A DNA stretch of 64,000 nt from an uncultured delta proteobacterium. Lineage in GTDB: Bacteria; Myxococcota; Myxococcia; Myxococcales; Anaeromyxobacteraceae. Positions 8,965 to 22,080 of the stretch are shown one piece after another (within the stretch, counting starts at the first letter, position 1; every line of letters begins with the position of its first letter). The translations under genes and the position numbers were made by a program. The notes under the pieces are model-generated. The model was not told the DNA's origin. It did not search any database and saw nothing but the letters and a program-made list of their open reading frames with translations. The DNA lies in NCBI GenBank assembly GCA_963845515.1, contig CAWJSR010000022.1:13900-77899 (forward strand), in the 5' to 3' direction.

Positions 8965-11470
8965 GTGCCACCCGGCTCCCGCTCGCGCCGCAAGACCGCC
9001 GCCGCGTCGCTCCTGGCCGTCGCCGTCGCAGTCGGCGCGCTCAGGTTCGGCGGCGTGGAGCCGCTGGTCGCGGCGGGCGTGACGCTCGCCGCGCTCGTCG
9101 CCCTCGCCCTCTCGTGGCCGCGGGGACGCCGCGCCGCCTTCCCCGGCGCGACGCCGGTGCCGGTCGAGACGCCCGGGCTGCCGCTCCTTCCAGTCGGCCT
9201 CGCCGCTGGGGCGCTCGTCGTCGCGCTCCAGCTCGTCCCCCTGCCGCCGGCGCTCCTGCGGCTCCTCTCCCCCAACGCGGCGGCGCTCTTCGAGGAGACG
9301 CTCGCTCCGGTCGGGCGGTGGCCGGCGTGGCGCCCGCTCTCGCTCGCCCCCGGGGAGACCGCGATGCTGCTGGTGGTCGCGGTGGCCGTCGCCGCAGCGG
9401 CGGCCGCGGCGGCCTGGCTGGGCGAGAAGCGTGAGCGCGGGGAGACGCTGCTGCGGGCCATCGCGTACACCGGCCTCGCCGCGTCGGTCCTCGGGATGGT
9501 GGCGGCCCTCTTCGGCTTCGGCCCCCTGCTCGTCCCGAAGGTCACCTTCGTCAACCCCAACCACCTCGCCGGCTTCCTCCAGCTCGCGGCGTGGCCCGCC
9601 TTCGGCTTCGCGCTCCGCGCGCGCGGGAAGGAGCGGGCCGGGTGGCTGGCGGTCTTCGCCTTCACCGTCGTCGGGATCTTCCTGTCGCTGTCGCGCGGGG
9701 GGATCACCGCGTTCTTCGTGGCTGCCGCGGTGTCGTCGGCGCTGGCGGTGCTGCACGGGCACACGCCGCTGTCGATCACGCTCTTCGGGTGGGAGCGGCG
9801 GGCGAAGGGTCGCCCCCTCATTCCTGGCACCCCCTCACCCAACGTCCTCGCGAGATCCCTCGCCCTCCCGGTCGGCGTCGCCTCCGCGCTCGCCATCGCG
9901 GCCTGGCTTGCGCTGGAGCCGGTCCTGATCGAGCTGGAGACGCTCTCCGGTGCCGCCGCCGAGGTGAAGCCCTCGCTCTGGCCCGACGGGCTGCGGCTCG
10001 TGCGGCAGTTCCCGGTCGCCGGCATCGGACGCGGCGCCTTCGCCACCGTCTACCCGTCGCTCAAGACCGAGTCGGCGCAGGTCACCTTCACGCACCTCGA
10101 GAACACCTGGCTCCAGCTCCCGGTGGACGTCGGCGTCCTCCCGGGACTCGCCCTCCTCGTCCTCTTCGGCTGGGCGTGGCTCGCCGCCGCGCGGCAGCGC
10201 GAGCTGTCGCGCCCGATGATCGGGGCGCTCGCAGGCGCGGCCGGCGTCGCGGCCCACAACCTGGTCGACTTCTCGTTCGAGCTGGTCGGCGTCGCGCTCC
10301 CGTTCGCCATCGTCCTCGGCCTCGCCTCGCGTGCGATGCCGCGCGTCCGCGTCCCGCGCGTGGCCGGGCTGGCCGGGATCGCCGCCCTCTCCGCCTTCGC
10401 GGCGGCCGGCTACCGGATCCACGCGCGCGCGGTCGGCGACGACGTCGCCGAGCGGATCTCCAGGGCCGGGAGCGTCCAGGAGACGACGGCGCTCGCAGGG
10501 AAGGCGCTCGGGTGGCGCCCGGCCGACTGGCTCCCTCCCGCCGCCGCGGGCGTCCGGATCGTGGCCGCCGGGAAGTGCGCGGAGGGGCTGCCGTGGCTCG
10601 TCCGCGCGATGGCGCGCAACCCGACCGCGCCCGAGCCGCACCGGTACGCCGCCCGCTGCCTCGCCGCCTCGCCAGGCGTCGCTCGCGAAGCGCGAGTACC
10701 GGCTCGCCTTCCTGTACGGCGACCGCGAGGCGCTGGCGGAGGCGCTGCGGCGCTTCCCCGAGCCTGGTCAGCTCCTCGAGGTCGCACCGGAGACGATTGA
10801 CGGGCTCATCACCGCGGCCGTCCTCCTCGCGAAGCGGCCGCCGGAGGCGCGCGAGGCGTGGAAGCGCGCGTGGGAGGGGTTCCTCGATCCCCGCGCGCTC
10901 GCCGGGCTCGCCCGCGTCACCCTGGAGCTGGACGACGCCGCGGAGGCGCTGAAGCTCGCCCGCGAGCTGGAGCGGCTCGCGCCCGAGAACCCGTCCGGCT
11001 GGCTCGTCGCCGCGCAGGCGCTGGAGAAGCTGGGGGACGCGCAGGCCGGGATCGCCGAGCTGGAGAAGGGGGCTGGGCGGCTGCCGGGCAAGGGGGCCAT
11101 CCTCGTCCCGCTCGGTCTCCGCCACCTCGCGGCGAAGCGACCGTCGCAGGCGCGCGCCGTCTTCGAGCAGATCGTCGCGCAGGAGGGGCCGGCGCTCGCC
11201 CAGAAGAAGCTCCTCGTCGCGCGGAGCTACTCCGACCAGGGGCGGCTGGCGGAGGCGCTCGCCACGGCGCAGGACGCGGCGGCGACCGACCGCGAGAGCG
11301 TCGGGCCGCTGGAGGCGGTCTCGCGGTTCGCGGCCGACGTCGAACGCTTCGACCTGGCGATCGACGCGCTGGAGCGCGCGGCGCGCCTGCCGAGCGCCAA
11401 GCCAGGGGCGTACGACGAGCGGCTCGCGAAGCTGAAGGCGGCGGCGCTGGAGCGCGCGCTGAACCACTGA
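8965..11470 (+). CDS. O-antigen ligase/Wzy_C-family multi-TM protein with C-terminal TPR-like region (frameshift near 10670)
   Basis: Many TM segments, TFVNPNHLAGFL, SLSRGG, GIGRGAF, HLENTWLQ and HNLVDF. After the shift it continues as helical repeats SLAKREYRLAF...ERALNH. Confidence 0.85.
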
Positions 11471-11618
11471 CCCGCGGCTCGGCCGCTCCGTGCACCTGGG
11501 GGCTGACTCTCGACCGCCGCCGGTCCTACAACCGACCGTAATCACACGTCCCCGGCAGGTCCCGTCTCTGCAGAAGGGCGCTACAGGAGCATCTTGATGC
11601 CTGTCCCCCACCCGGCCC

Positions 11619-11658
11619 TTGTAACCTCCTACGCCGTTCCTTACGCTGATGTAAGGAA
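11619..11658 (+). promoter_or_regulatory. Promoter TTGTAA-N17-TACGCT with operator palindrome TTCCTTAC-N6-GTAAGGAA
   Basis: -35 at 11619-11624, -10 at 11642-11647, and a perfect 8-bp inverted repeat at 11637-11658. An extra half-site GTAAGG lies at 11670-11675 next to the GGAGG RBS. Confidence 0.75.
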
Positions 11659-11677
11659 TGATACTGGAGGTAAGGCG

Positions 11678-11949
11678 ATGGCGACCGCGACGCTGACTTC
11701 GAAAGGACAGGTGACGATCCCAAAGGAGATCCGGGAGAAGCTACGGCTCAAGACTGGGGACCGAATCCACTTCTGGGTAGACGCCGACGGCGGTGTGCAC
11801 CTCCGCGCCCAGAACCGGAGCCTGCTCGACATGGTCGGCTTCATGAAACACCTCGTGAAGCGGACGACGCCGGTGACGGTGGAGGAGATGGACGAGGCGA
11901 TTCAGCGCGCGGTCGTGGACCGGTTCCTCGGCAAGCGGGAGCCCGAGGA

Positions 11950-11953
<4 letters not shown>
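11678..11953 (+). CDS. AbrB/MazE/SpoVT-family antitoxin
   Basis: MATATLTSKGQVTIPKEIREKLRLKTGD with a GGAGG RBS. Confidence 0.92.
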
Positions 11954-14357
<2,404 letters not shown>

Positions 14358-14391
14358 CGGTCGGCTCCAGTCGCCGGGAAGGACGAGACAC

Positions 14392-15144
14392 GTGACGCAC
14401 CCGATCCGTTCCCTCCGGCGCCTCCGCGACCACCTCAGGTTCCTGGGGGACTACCGGGCGTTCCGGGACCAGCAGCTTCGGGCCGGCGCCGCTGCCATGC
14501 CGCCGCTTCGCTGGAAGGAGCGGTATCCCGTCCTCGGCGAGTGGACGACCGAGACGAGCTTCGAGCCGCACTACACGTACCATCCCGCGTGGGCCGCTCG
14601 CGTCCTCGCGCAGACCCGTCCACTCGAGCACGTCGACATCTCGTCTTCAGTGGCCTTCGCGGCCATGGTCTCGGCGTTCGTACCGCTCCGCTTCTACGAC
14701 TACCGCCCCGCCAACCTGAAGCTCTCGGGGCTGACCTGCGACCGGGCCGACCTGCTCGCCCTTCCCTTCGCGGACGGGAGCATCCCCTCGCTCTCCTGCA
14801 TGCACGTCGTCGAGCACGTCGGCCTCGGGCGCTACGGGGATCCGGTCGACGCCGAGGGCGATCGCAAGGCGATGCGGGAGCTGGCCCGCGTGGTCGCGCC
14901 GGGTGGCGATCTCCTCTTCGTGGTGCCTGTGGGTCGCGAGCGGGTCGCGTTCAACGCACACCGGGTCTACTCCTGCGAACGCGTGCTCCGGGCCTTCGCC
15001 GGGTTCGACCTGGTCCGGCTCGATCTCATCCCGGACGACGCCCGGGCCGCCGGCATGATCGAGGACGCGACGCCGGCCCAGGTGAACGCCCAGCGGCTCG
15101 GCTGCGGCTGCTTCTGGTTCAAGCGGCGGGCGCCCGGGACATGA
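14392..15144 (+). CDS. DUF268-like / class I SAM methyltransferase-fold protein
   Basis: HYTYHPAWAAR, SLSCMHVVEHVGLGRYGDP and FNAHRVY, in a polysaccharide operon. Confidence 0.75.
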   Translation: MTHPIRSLRRLRDHLRFLGDYRAFRDQQLRAGAAAMPPLRWKERYPVLGEWTTETSFEPHYTYHPAWAARVLAQTRPLEHVDISSSVAFAAMVSAFVPLRFYDYRPANLKLSGLTCDRADLLALPFADGSIPSLSCMHVVEHVGLGRYGDPVDAEGDRKAMRELARVVAPGGDLLFVVPVGRERVAFNAHRVYSCERVLRAFAGFDLVRLDLIPDDARAAGMIEDATPAQVNAQRLGCGCFWFKRRAPGT

Positions 15145-15997
15145 TCGCGGTCCGACTCGACGGGCGCCTGGGCAACCAGCTCTTCCAGTACGCGTTCGGG
15201 GTCGCCGCGAGCAGGCGGCTCGGGACGGGGCTCCTGATCGACGACTCCGCCGCGGGCTTCCGGCTCCCGCCTACTTCCGGCTGACCCCGGCGGACCACCT
15301 GGGCCAGCTCGTGCGCGGGAAGCTCGGCAAGACGGTGCGGCGGGGCTACCGCCGGCTCGTCGCCGGCGCGCAGGGGTTCTCCGTCGTTCAGCAGGACGAC
15401 TGGGCCCCTCCCTCGGAGCAGCCGCCGCTCTCCGACAAGCAGCTCCACGTCGGCTTCTACCAGTCGGCCCGCTACTTCGAGGGGCAGGAGCAGGCGCTCC
15501 GCGAGCTCTTCACCGTGCGCGGGCTCCACCGCGACCGCTTCAGGGCGCACTACGGCGACTTCTTCGACCGCCAGCGCACCGTCGTCCTCCACGTCCGCCG
15601 CGGCGACTACCTGCGGTGGAACGTGCCGCGGCTCGGCGGCGCCGACCTGACGCTGCCGTGGAGCTACTACGAACGCTGCCTCGGCCTCGTACCGGACCTC
15701 GCGGCGCACCAGATCGTCGCGGTGACCGACGACCCCCAGTGGGTCCGCGAGCGGCTCGCCCCGTATCCCGGAGCGAGGATTGAGTCGGCCTCCGAGATCG
15801 TCGACTTCCAGGCGCTGGCGGCGGCCGACGTGGCCATCCTGTCGCCGAGCAGCTTCAGCTGGTGGGCGGCCTGGCTCAACCCGAAGCCGCACAAGCGCGT
15901 CCTCGCGCCGGCCCGTTGGCTCGGCTTCAAGGGCGAGGAGGAGTACCCGGCCGGCGTCCTCTGCCCGGGGTGGCGCACGGTCGAGGTCGACGGGTAG
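15141..15997 (+). CDS. Alpha-1,2-fucosyltransferase-like, GT11 (frameshift near 15270)
   Basis: N-terminal GRLGNQLFQYA, then in another frame GFYQSARYF, LHVRRGDY and SSFSWWAAWL. It lies downstream of fcl-gmd. Confidence 0.9.
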
Positions 15998-16005
15998 CGA
16001 CGCCC

Positions 16006-16944
16006 TCAGGCGCGCCGTCGGGGCGAGGCGAGCAGCTCGGCGATCCCCTCGTCCAGCCCCACCGCGGCGCGGTGGAGGGCGTGGCTGCGCCTGACGTCCA
16101 TGACGAGCCGGTGCGGCTCGTTCAGCCGGTACGGGCGCGCGCCGGCCCTGACGAGCGCGGGGGCGGCGCCGGCCAGCTCGAAGACCCGCTCCACGACGTC
16201 GCGCAGCCGCAGCCCCTCGCCGGTCCCCACGTTCAGCAGTCGCCCGCTGGCCGTCGCGGGGTTGGCGAGGCAGGCGACGACGGTCGCCGCGGCGTCCCGC
16301 ACGTGCAGCCACTCCCGCACCTGCTCGCCCCCCGTCATCTCGAACGGCTCGCGCGCGAGCGCCGCCCGGACGGCGCTCGGCATGAACTTGGCGTCGTCGT
16401 CCCCGGGCCCCAGCAGCTGCGCGAACCGGAGGTAGGTGAGCGGGACGCCCAGCTCGCGGGCGAGGGCGCGGAGGATTGTCCCGCCGCCGGCCTTCGTCGC
16501 GCCGTAGGCGTCGGTCTTCTCGGTCGGGGCGCCCTCGTCCTGCAGCCGGAGCGGCCCCGTGGCCAGCGCGTCCGGGAGCACCCCCTCGCCCGTGTACTCG
16601 AAGTAGGAGCCCGCCGCGACCACCGCCCCCACGCGGTGCTGCGCCGCCTTTCGAAGCAGCGCGACCGGGTCCTGCACATTGGACTTGATCAGGATGTCCC
16701 AGGAGCGGTCGCGTCCCTGGACCCCGTAGGCCGCGAGGTGGATCAGCGCGTCCGCGCCGGCGAGCAGGCGGTCGAGCGTCGCCGCGTCGTCGAGCGGCCC
16801 CTCCACCTCTTCGAGCCCCGGGGCCGGCGCCGCGCGGCGCCCGCCCGGGCGCGCGAGGACCCGGGGCCGGTGCCCCCCGGCCAGCAGCAGCGGGAGGAGG
16901 CTGCGGCCGACGAAGCCCGTCCCGCCCGTCACCGCGACGATCAC
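16006..16944 (-). CDS. NAD-dependent epimerase/4-reductase (extended SDR)
   Basis: GTG start, IVAVTGGTGFVG, YGATK and GEQVREWLHV. Confidence 0.88.
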   Translation of the reverse strand: MIVAVTGGTGFVGRSLLPLLLAGGHRPRVLARPGGRRAAPAPGLEEVEGPLDDAATLDRLLAGADALIHLAAYGVQGRDRSWDILIKSNVQDPVALLRKAAQHRVGAVVAAGSYFEYTGEGVLPDALATGPLRLQDEGAPTEKTDAYGATKAGGGTILRALARELGVPLTYLRFAQLLGPGDDDAKFMPSAVRAALAREPFEMTGGEQVREWLHVRDAAATVVACLANPATASGRLLNVGTGEGLRLRDVVERVFELAGAAPALVRAGARPYRLNEPHRLVMDVRRSHALHRAAVGLDEGIAELLASPRRRA

Positions 16945-18272
16945 GTTCGCGCTCCCTTCGCCCGCAGCGTCGCCTGCACGCGCTCCGCCGCCCTCCAGCC
17001 GCTCTGGATCGCGTCGTCGGACCAGAGGTAGCCCCACTCGCCGAACCGCCCGCAGCACTCGATCCCCGCCGCGGCCAGGTGCGCCTGCACCGTGGCGAGG
17101 CTCCCGGCCCGCTCGAGGTCGAAGAGGACGTTCGCGTACGGCACCCGCCGCTCGTCGGCGGCGAGGATCCGGTCGTCCGGGCGGAGCAGCCCGGTGCGGC
17201 GAAGGTCCTCGACGCAGCGATCGAGGAGCGGGCCCGGCGGGAGCGGCCGGTACGGCGAGTGGTAGACCTCCACCTGGATCGAGCCGCAGCCCGCCGGCGC
17301 GTTGGCCGCGGCGAGCCGGTGCGGGAAGTGGGCGCGGGCGAAGGCGACGTCCTCGTCGTAGAAGTACATCCAGTCGGCGTCCGGGAAGCCGTCCGCCCGC
17401 GCCACGCCGACGCTGACGAGGGCCGCCGACGTGCAGCGCAGGCGCCCCGCCGCCGCGACCACGTCGTGCGGCGCCCCCGCCAGCCGCCCGACCAGCTCGG
17501 GGAGCGGCAGCGAGGAGACGAGCCGCTCGTAGCGGAGGACCGCGCCGCTCGCGAGCCGCACCTCGCGCGCCGCGGCGTCGACCGCCGCGACCTCCTCGCC
17601 GAGCGCGATCGGCTGGGCGCCGCGCACGCTCGCCACGTACGGCTCGAAGCCGCCGGAGAGCGGGTACCGGAACCGGGTGAGGTAGTGCTCGACCGCCGGC
17701 GTCGGCCCGAGCGCGCCGCGCACCACCTCCTCGAGCGGCGGCGCGTGCACGCGCTCGCCGATCCAGTCGGTGCCCAGCTGCGCCGCCTCCGCGGTCCAGA
17801 ACTTCCGCGTGTACGCGAAGCTGAACTCCTCGCTGAAGGTCCGCCCGAGGTGCGCTACGCACCAGTCGGCGTAGGTGCGCGGCGTGCCCGCGGGCAGCTG
17901 CCGCGCCTCGACGAAGTCGACGAGGCACCTCGCGACCAGGTCCACCGGGAGCCCGTGGAGGTGCGACTGGGCCGGGTGCGGCAGCGCGATCCCCTTCCAG
18001 CGGTTGAGCAGGGCCGCCCGCGCCTCCCGGTATCGCCCGTTCACCGCGGCCGCGAAGAGCCGCTGGATCTCCTCCTGCTTCGTGAAGGAGACGTGCGGCC
18101 CCTGGTCGAACGTGAAGCCGTCGACCGCCCAGGAGCGCGCGAGCCCGCCGGCGCGCTCCTCTCGCTCGACCACCAGCACGTCGACGCCGGCGCGGTGGAG
18201 CCGCTCCGAGGCCGCGAGCCCCGAGAGCCCCGCGCCGAGGACGACGACCTCGTGGTGGCCGGCGGTGAGCAT
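16941..18272 (-). CDS. FAD-dependent NDP-pyranose mutase-like flavoprotein (Glf/WbyH-like)
   Basis: VVVLGAGLSGL, GGLARS..DGFTFDQGPH, YTRKFW, FRYP..GG and GRFGEWGY, in an NDP-sugar operon. Confidence 0.7.
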   Translation of the reverse strand: MLTAGHHEVVVLGAGLSGLAASERLHRAGVDVLVVEREERAGGLARSWAVDGFTFDQGPHVSFTKQEEIQRLFAAAVNGRYREARAALLNRWKGIALPHPAQSHLHGLPVDLVARCLVDFVEARQLPAGTPRTYADWCVAHLGRTFSEEFSFAYTRKFWTAEAAQLGTDWIGERVHAPPLEEVVRGALGPTPAVEHYLTRFRYPLSGGFEPYVASVRGAQPIALGEEVAAVDAAAREVRLASGAVLRYERLVSSLPLPELVGRLAGAPHDVVAAAGRLRCTSAALVSVGVARADGFPDADWMYFYDEDVAFARAHFPHRLAAANAPAGCGSIQVEVYHSPYRPLPPGPLLDRCVEDLRRTGLLRPDDRILAADERRVPYANVLFDLERAGSLATVQAHLAAAGIECCGRFGEWGYLWSDDAIQSGWRAAERVQATLRAKGART

Positions 18273-18284
18273 CGCGGCGGGCCC

Positions 18285-18734
18285 CTACCCGTGCTTCAGC
18301 GCCCAGTCGTACGGGATGGTCTTCGAGAGCGGGTCGAGCCGGACGATCTCGTCCTTCCGGTGGCCGATGGTGGCGCAGTTCGCCACCAGCGCCGGCACCG
18401 TGCCGATCCCCTTGAAGCCGTTCCAGACGCGCGGGGGCACGTGGATGAGCTTGTAGTCGTCGGGGCCGGTGAAGAGCTCCATCAGCTCGCCGCGCGTCCG
18501 CGATCCGTCGCGGTCGTCGTAGAGCACCATCTTGATGTTGCCGGCCGGCACCGCGTAGTTGAGCGCCATCTCTTCGTGCAGGTGCCACGCCTTGATGGCG
18601 CCCGGGTAGACGACCGAGAAGTAGATCTCGCCGAACTCGTCGAAGTCCGGGTCGTCGGCGCGGAGCATGTGCATCACCTTGCCCCGCTCGTCCGCGATCT
18701 GGCGCAGCGGCCTCACGATCACGCCGTCGATCAT
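18285..18734 (-). CDS. RmlC-like cupin NDP-sugar epimerase
   Basis: [34 protein letters not shown] and [11 protein letters not shown]. Confidence 0.88.
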   Translation of the reverse strand: MIDGVIVRPLRQIADERGKVMHMLRADDPDFDEFGEIYFSVVYPGAIKAWHLHEEMALNYAVPAGNIKMVLYDDRDGSRTRGELMELFTGPDDYKLIHVPPRVWNGFKGIGTVPALVANCATIGHRKDEIVRLDPLSKTIPYDWALKHG

Positions 18735-20094
18735 GGCTTGCAGATCCCCCGCACGGTCTCGACCACGTGGGACTTCATCGCGTCGGTCAGGCCGGGATAG
18801 ACGCCGAACCAGAGCGAGCGGTTCATGATGGCGTCGGTGTGGGCGAGCTCGCCGACGACGCGGTACGGCGCGGCGCGCCCGGCCTCCACCGCCGCCCTCG
18901 CCAGCTCCGTCATCGCGGGCTGCCGGACCAGGTTGCCGGCGAATAGCATCCGGGTCTGGACCTTCTTCGCCTCCAGCTGGCGCACCAGCTGGTCGCGGTT
19001 GAAGGGCGCCCCCTCGCGCACGGTGAGCAGGAAGCCGAACCAGGAGGGCTCGGAGCCCTCGGTCGGCTCCGGCAGGACCAGCACGTCGGCGAGGTCGGCG
19101 AGCGCCTCGCGGAAGAACGCCCAGTTCTTCCGGCGCGCGGCGACGAAGCCGTCGAGCCGCGCGAGCTGCGCGACGCCGACCGCCGCCTGCATGTCGGTGA
19201 CCTTCAGGTTGAAGCCGAGGTGGCTGTAGACGTACTTGTGGTCGTACCCCTTCGGCAGGTCGCCCAGCTGCCACTCGAAGCGGCGCTTGCAGGTGTTGTC
19301 GACGCCGGAGGGACACCAGCAGTCGCGCCCCCAGTCGCGCAGGCTGGTCGATCGCCCGCTCCAGCGTCGCGTCGCTCGTGAGGACCGCGCCGCCCTCGCC
19401 CATCGTCATGTGGTGCGGCGGGTAGAAGCTGAGCGTAGCGAGGTCGCCGAACGTCCCCGTCTTCCGCCCGCGGTAGAGCGTGCCGGCGGCGTCGCAGTTG
19501 TCCTCGACGAGCCAGAGCCCGTGGCGATCGCAGAAGGCGCGGACGGCGCCGAGGTCGAAGGGGTTGCCGAGGGTGTGGGCGATCATCACCGCCTTCGTCC
19601 GCGGCGACCGGGCCTCCTCGAGCCTCGCGACGTCGACGTTGTACGTGGGCAGCGTGACGTCCACGAAGACCGGGACCATCCCCAGCTGGATGACCGGCGC
19701 CACCGTCGTCGGGAAGCCGGCCGCGACGGTGATCACCTCGTCGCCGGCCCGCAGCCGCCGGTCGCCCAGCAGGTGGCTCGTCAGCGTCGCCACGGCGAGC
19801 AGGTTCGCGGACGAGCCGGAGTTGACGAGCCGCGCCGTCGACACGCCGTACCAGGCCGCCAGCTCCTCCTCCAGCCGCGCGTGCCAGCGCCCGCCGGTCA
19901 GCCAGAACTCCAGGCTGCTCTCGACGAGGTTGACCATCTCCTCCTCGCCGTAGACGCGCCCCGCGTATCGCACCGGGCTCTGCCCCGGGACGAACGCGGC
20001 CCCGTCCTCCGCGTCGCGCCGCAGCGCCGCGATCTTCCGCACCCGCTCGAGGATCTCCCCGGCGAGCGCCAGCTCCTCTGCTCTCGGGATCCAT
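18731..20094 (-). CDS. rfbH: CDP-4-keto-6-deoxyglucose 3-dehydrase RfbH/DdhC (frameshifts near 20088 and 19348)
   Basis: [42 protein letters not shown] (His in place of the PLP lysine), [14 protein letters not shown] and TRMLFAGN. Confidence 0.92.
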
Positions 20095-21208
20095 CACGAC
20101 TCCATGTACTCGCGGATCTGCCCCACCGTGAGCGCGCGCAGCGCGTCGCCCCGGGTGCCGCCGTGCCAGGCGCGGTACCAGCTCACGGTCCGCGCGAAGG
20201 TCTCGTCGAAGCGCCAGCGGGGCAGCCAGCCGAGCCGCGCCTGCGCCTTCTCGATGCTCAGCCGGAGGAGCCCCGCCTCGTGGGGCGCAGCCGGGTCGTG
20301 CCGGTCCTCCCAGACCCCGCTCCCCCACTCCCGGATCACCGCCTCGACCACCTCGCGCACGTTGCGCGCGTCGTCCAGGTGCGGGCCGAAGTTCCAGGGC
20401 TCGCAGTGGCTCGCCCGGTCGTACGCCCCCGTCCGCCATGAGGCGCGCGCCGAGGAGGAGGTAGCCGGAGAGCGGCTCCAGCACGTGCTGCCAGGGGCGG
20501 ACGCCCTTCGGGTTGCGGACGACGATCGGCCGTCCCTCGCCGAGCGCCGCGACGCAGTCCGGGACGATCCGGTCCCTGGCCCAGTCGCCGCCGCCGACCA
20601 CGTTGCCGGCCCGGGCGGTCGCGACCGCCACGCCGTGCGCCGCGAGCTGCGCCGGGTGGAAGAAGCTCCGGCGCCAGCTGGCGGCGACCAGCTCGGCCGC
20701 CCCCTTCGACATCGAGTAGACGTCGTGGCCGCCCATCGCCTCGTCCTCGCGGTAGCCGTAGAGCCACTCGCGGTTCTCGTAGCACTTGTCGCTCGTGACG
20801 ACGACCACGCGCGCAGGGCCGGCCGACGCGCCGGACCGCCTCGAGCAGGTGGGCCGTCCCCACGACGTTGGTCGTCAGCGTCTCGAGCGGCTGCTCGTAG
20901 GAGAGCCGGACCAGCGGCTGCGCCGCCAGATGGAAGACGACGTCGGCCTTCGCGCCGCGCAGCTCCGCCTCCAGCCGCGGCAGGTCGCGCAGGTCCGCGA
21001 GGACGGAGCTGGCGCACGCGCCACCGACGCCGGCCGCGTCGAAGAGGGTCGGCCTCGGCTCCGGCGCGAGCGCGTAGCCGAAGACCTCCGCCCCCAGCTC
21101 CTTCAGCCAGAGCGCGAGCCAGCCGCCCTTGAAGCCGGTGTGGCCGGTGAGGAAGACGCGCCTCCCGGCGTACGCGCGGCGCAGCTCGTCGGCCGTGGGG
21201 GTGGACAT
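20094..21208 (-). CDS. rfbG: CDP-glucose 4,6-dehydratase (frameshifts near 20815 and 20425)
   Basis: FLTGHTGFKGGWL, HLAAQPLVRLSY, TSDKCYEN, ARAGNVVGGGDW, RPWQHVLEP, WNFGP and PHEAGLL. Confidence 0.93.
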
Positions 21209-21991
21209 CACCAGGTCTTCCAGGGCGCCTTGCCGCTCGCCCAGAGCTCGTTGAGCGTGCCGTACTCGCGCGCCGTGTCCATGGGCTGCCAGAAGCCGGT
21301 GTGCGGGAAGGCGACCAGCTCGCCGGTCGCGGGCGAGGGCACGGAGCGGCTCCCCTCGAGGACCGTGCGAGGGCTTGTCCCCGAGGTAGGGCCAGATCCG
21401 CCGCCCGTCGAGGACGAAGAAGCCGCCGTTGATGAACCCCTCGGTCGCCTGCGGCTTCTCGTTGAACTCCGTCACCTTGCCGCCGTCGATCATCATCTCG
21501 CCGAAGCGCCCGGGCGGGCGGACGGCGGTGACGGTCGCGACCCGGCCGTGGCTCCGGTGCGTGGCGAGGGTGGCGCCGACGTCCACGTCGGAGACGCCGT
21601 CGCCGTACGTGAGCAGGAAGGGCTCGTCCCCCTCGACGTACTTGCGCACGGCGGCCACGCGCCCGCCGGTCATCGTCGCGTCGCCGGTCTCGGCGAGCGT
21701 GACGCGCCAGTCCTCCTCGTCGTGCCGCCCGAGCACCTCGACCGCCCCGTGCTGGCCGAGCGTCACGGTCAGGTCGGTCGTCATCGCCTTGTAGTTGAGG
21801 AAGAACTCCTTGATGAGCCAGCCCTTGTAGCCGAGGCAGAGGACGAAGTCCTTCACGCCGTAGCGGGCGTAGGTCTTCATGATGTGCCAGATGATCGGCT
21901 TGCCGCCGATGGGGAGCATCGGCTTCGGCAGCAGCTCGTTGGCGTCGCGGATGCGGGTGCCCTGCCCGCCGCAGAGGATGACGGCCTTCAT
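21208..21991 (-). CDS. rfbF: Glucose-1-phosphate cytidylyltransferase (frameshifts near 21370 and 21330)
   Basis: [45 protein letters not shown] and GFWQPMDT. Confidence 0.93.
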
Positions 21992-22050
21992 GGTGTGAGC
22001 CTCGTGCCCCGGTGTGGCTCGCGGGAGCGGGCTCCCGCGGGAATCGGGCG

Positions 22051-22080
22051 GAGTCTAGCGGATCTTGGGCGGGAGTCGAG
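22051..22080 (-). promoter_or_regulatory. Putative rfbF-operon promoter, copy of the motif upstream of wzc
   Basis: The minus strand reads CTCGACTCccgcccaaGATCCGCTAGACTC. Its TAG also serves as the GT4 stop codon. Confidence 0.5.

Noticed and set aside
9810..9860. CCCCTCACCC inside the ligase gene as an in-frame REP insertion
   Set aside because: Only a 10-nt match without the hairpin, which is compatible with chance.
11471..11618. Unexplained ~150-bp gap before the abrB-vapC promoter and the 65-aa minus-strand ORF over it
   Set aside because: No recognisable motif, RNA structure or repeat, and the ORF overlaps the promoter and antitoxin gene in antisense.
20336..21991. Apparent RfbF-RfbG fusion (551 aa), and likewise the RfbH-epimerase fusion at 18285-20042
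   Set aside because: Frameshifts near 21370/21330 and 19348 skip the normal stops, and the native C-terminal motifs are present in other frames.
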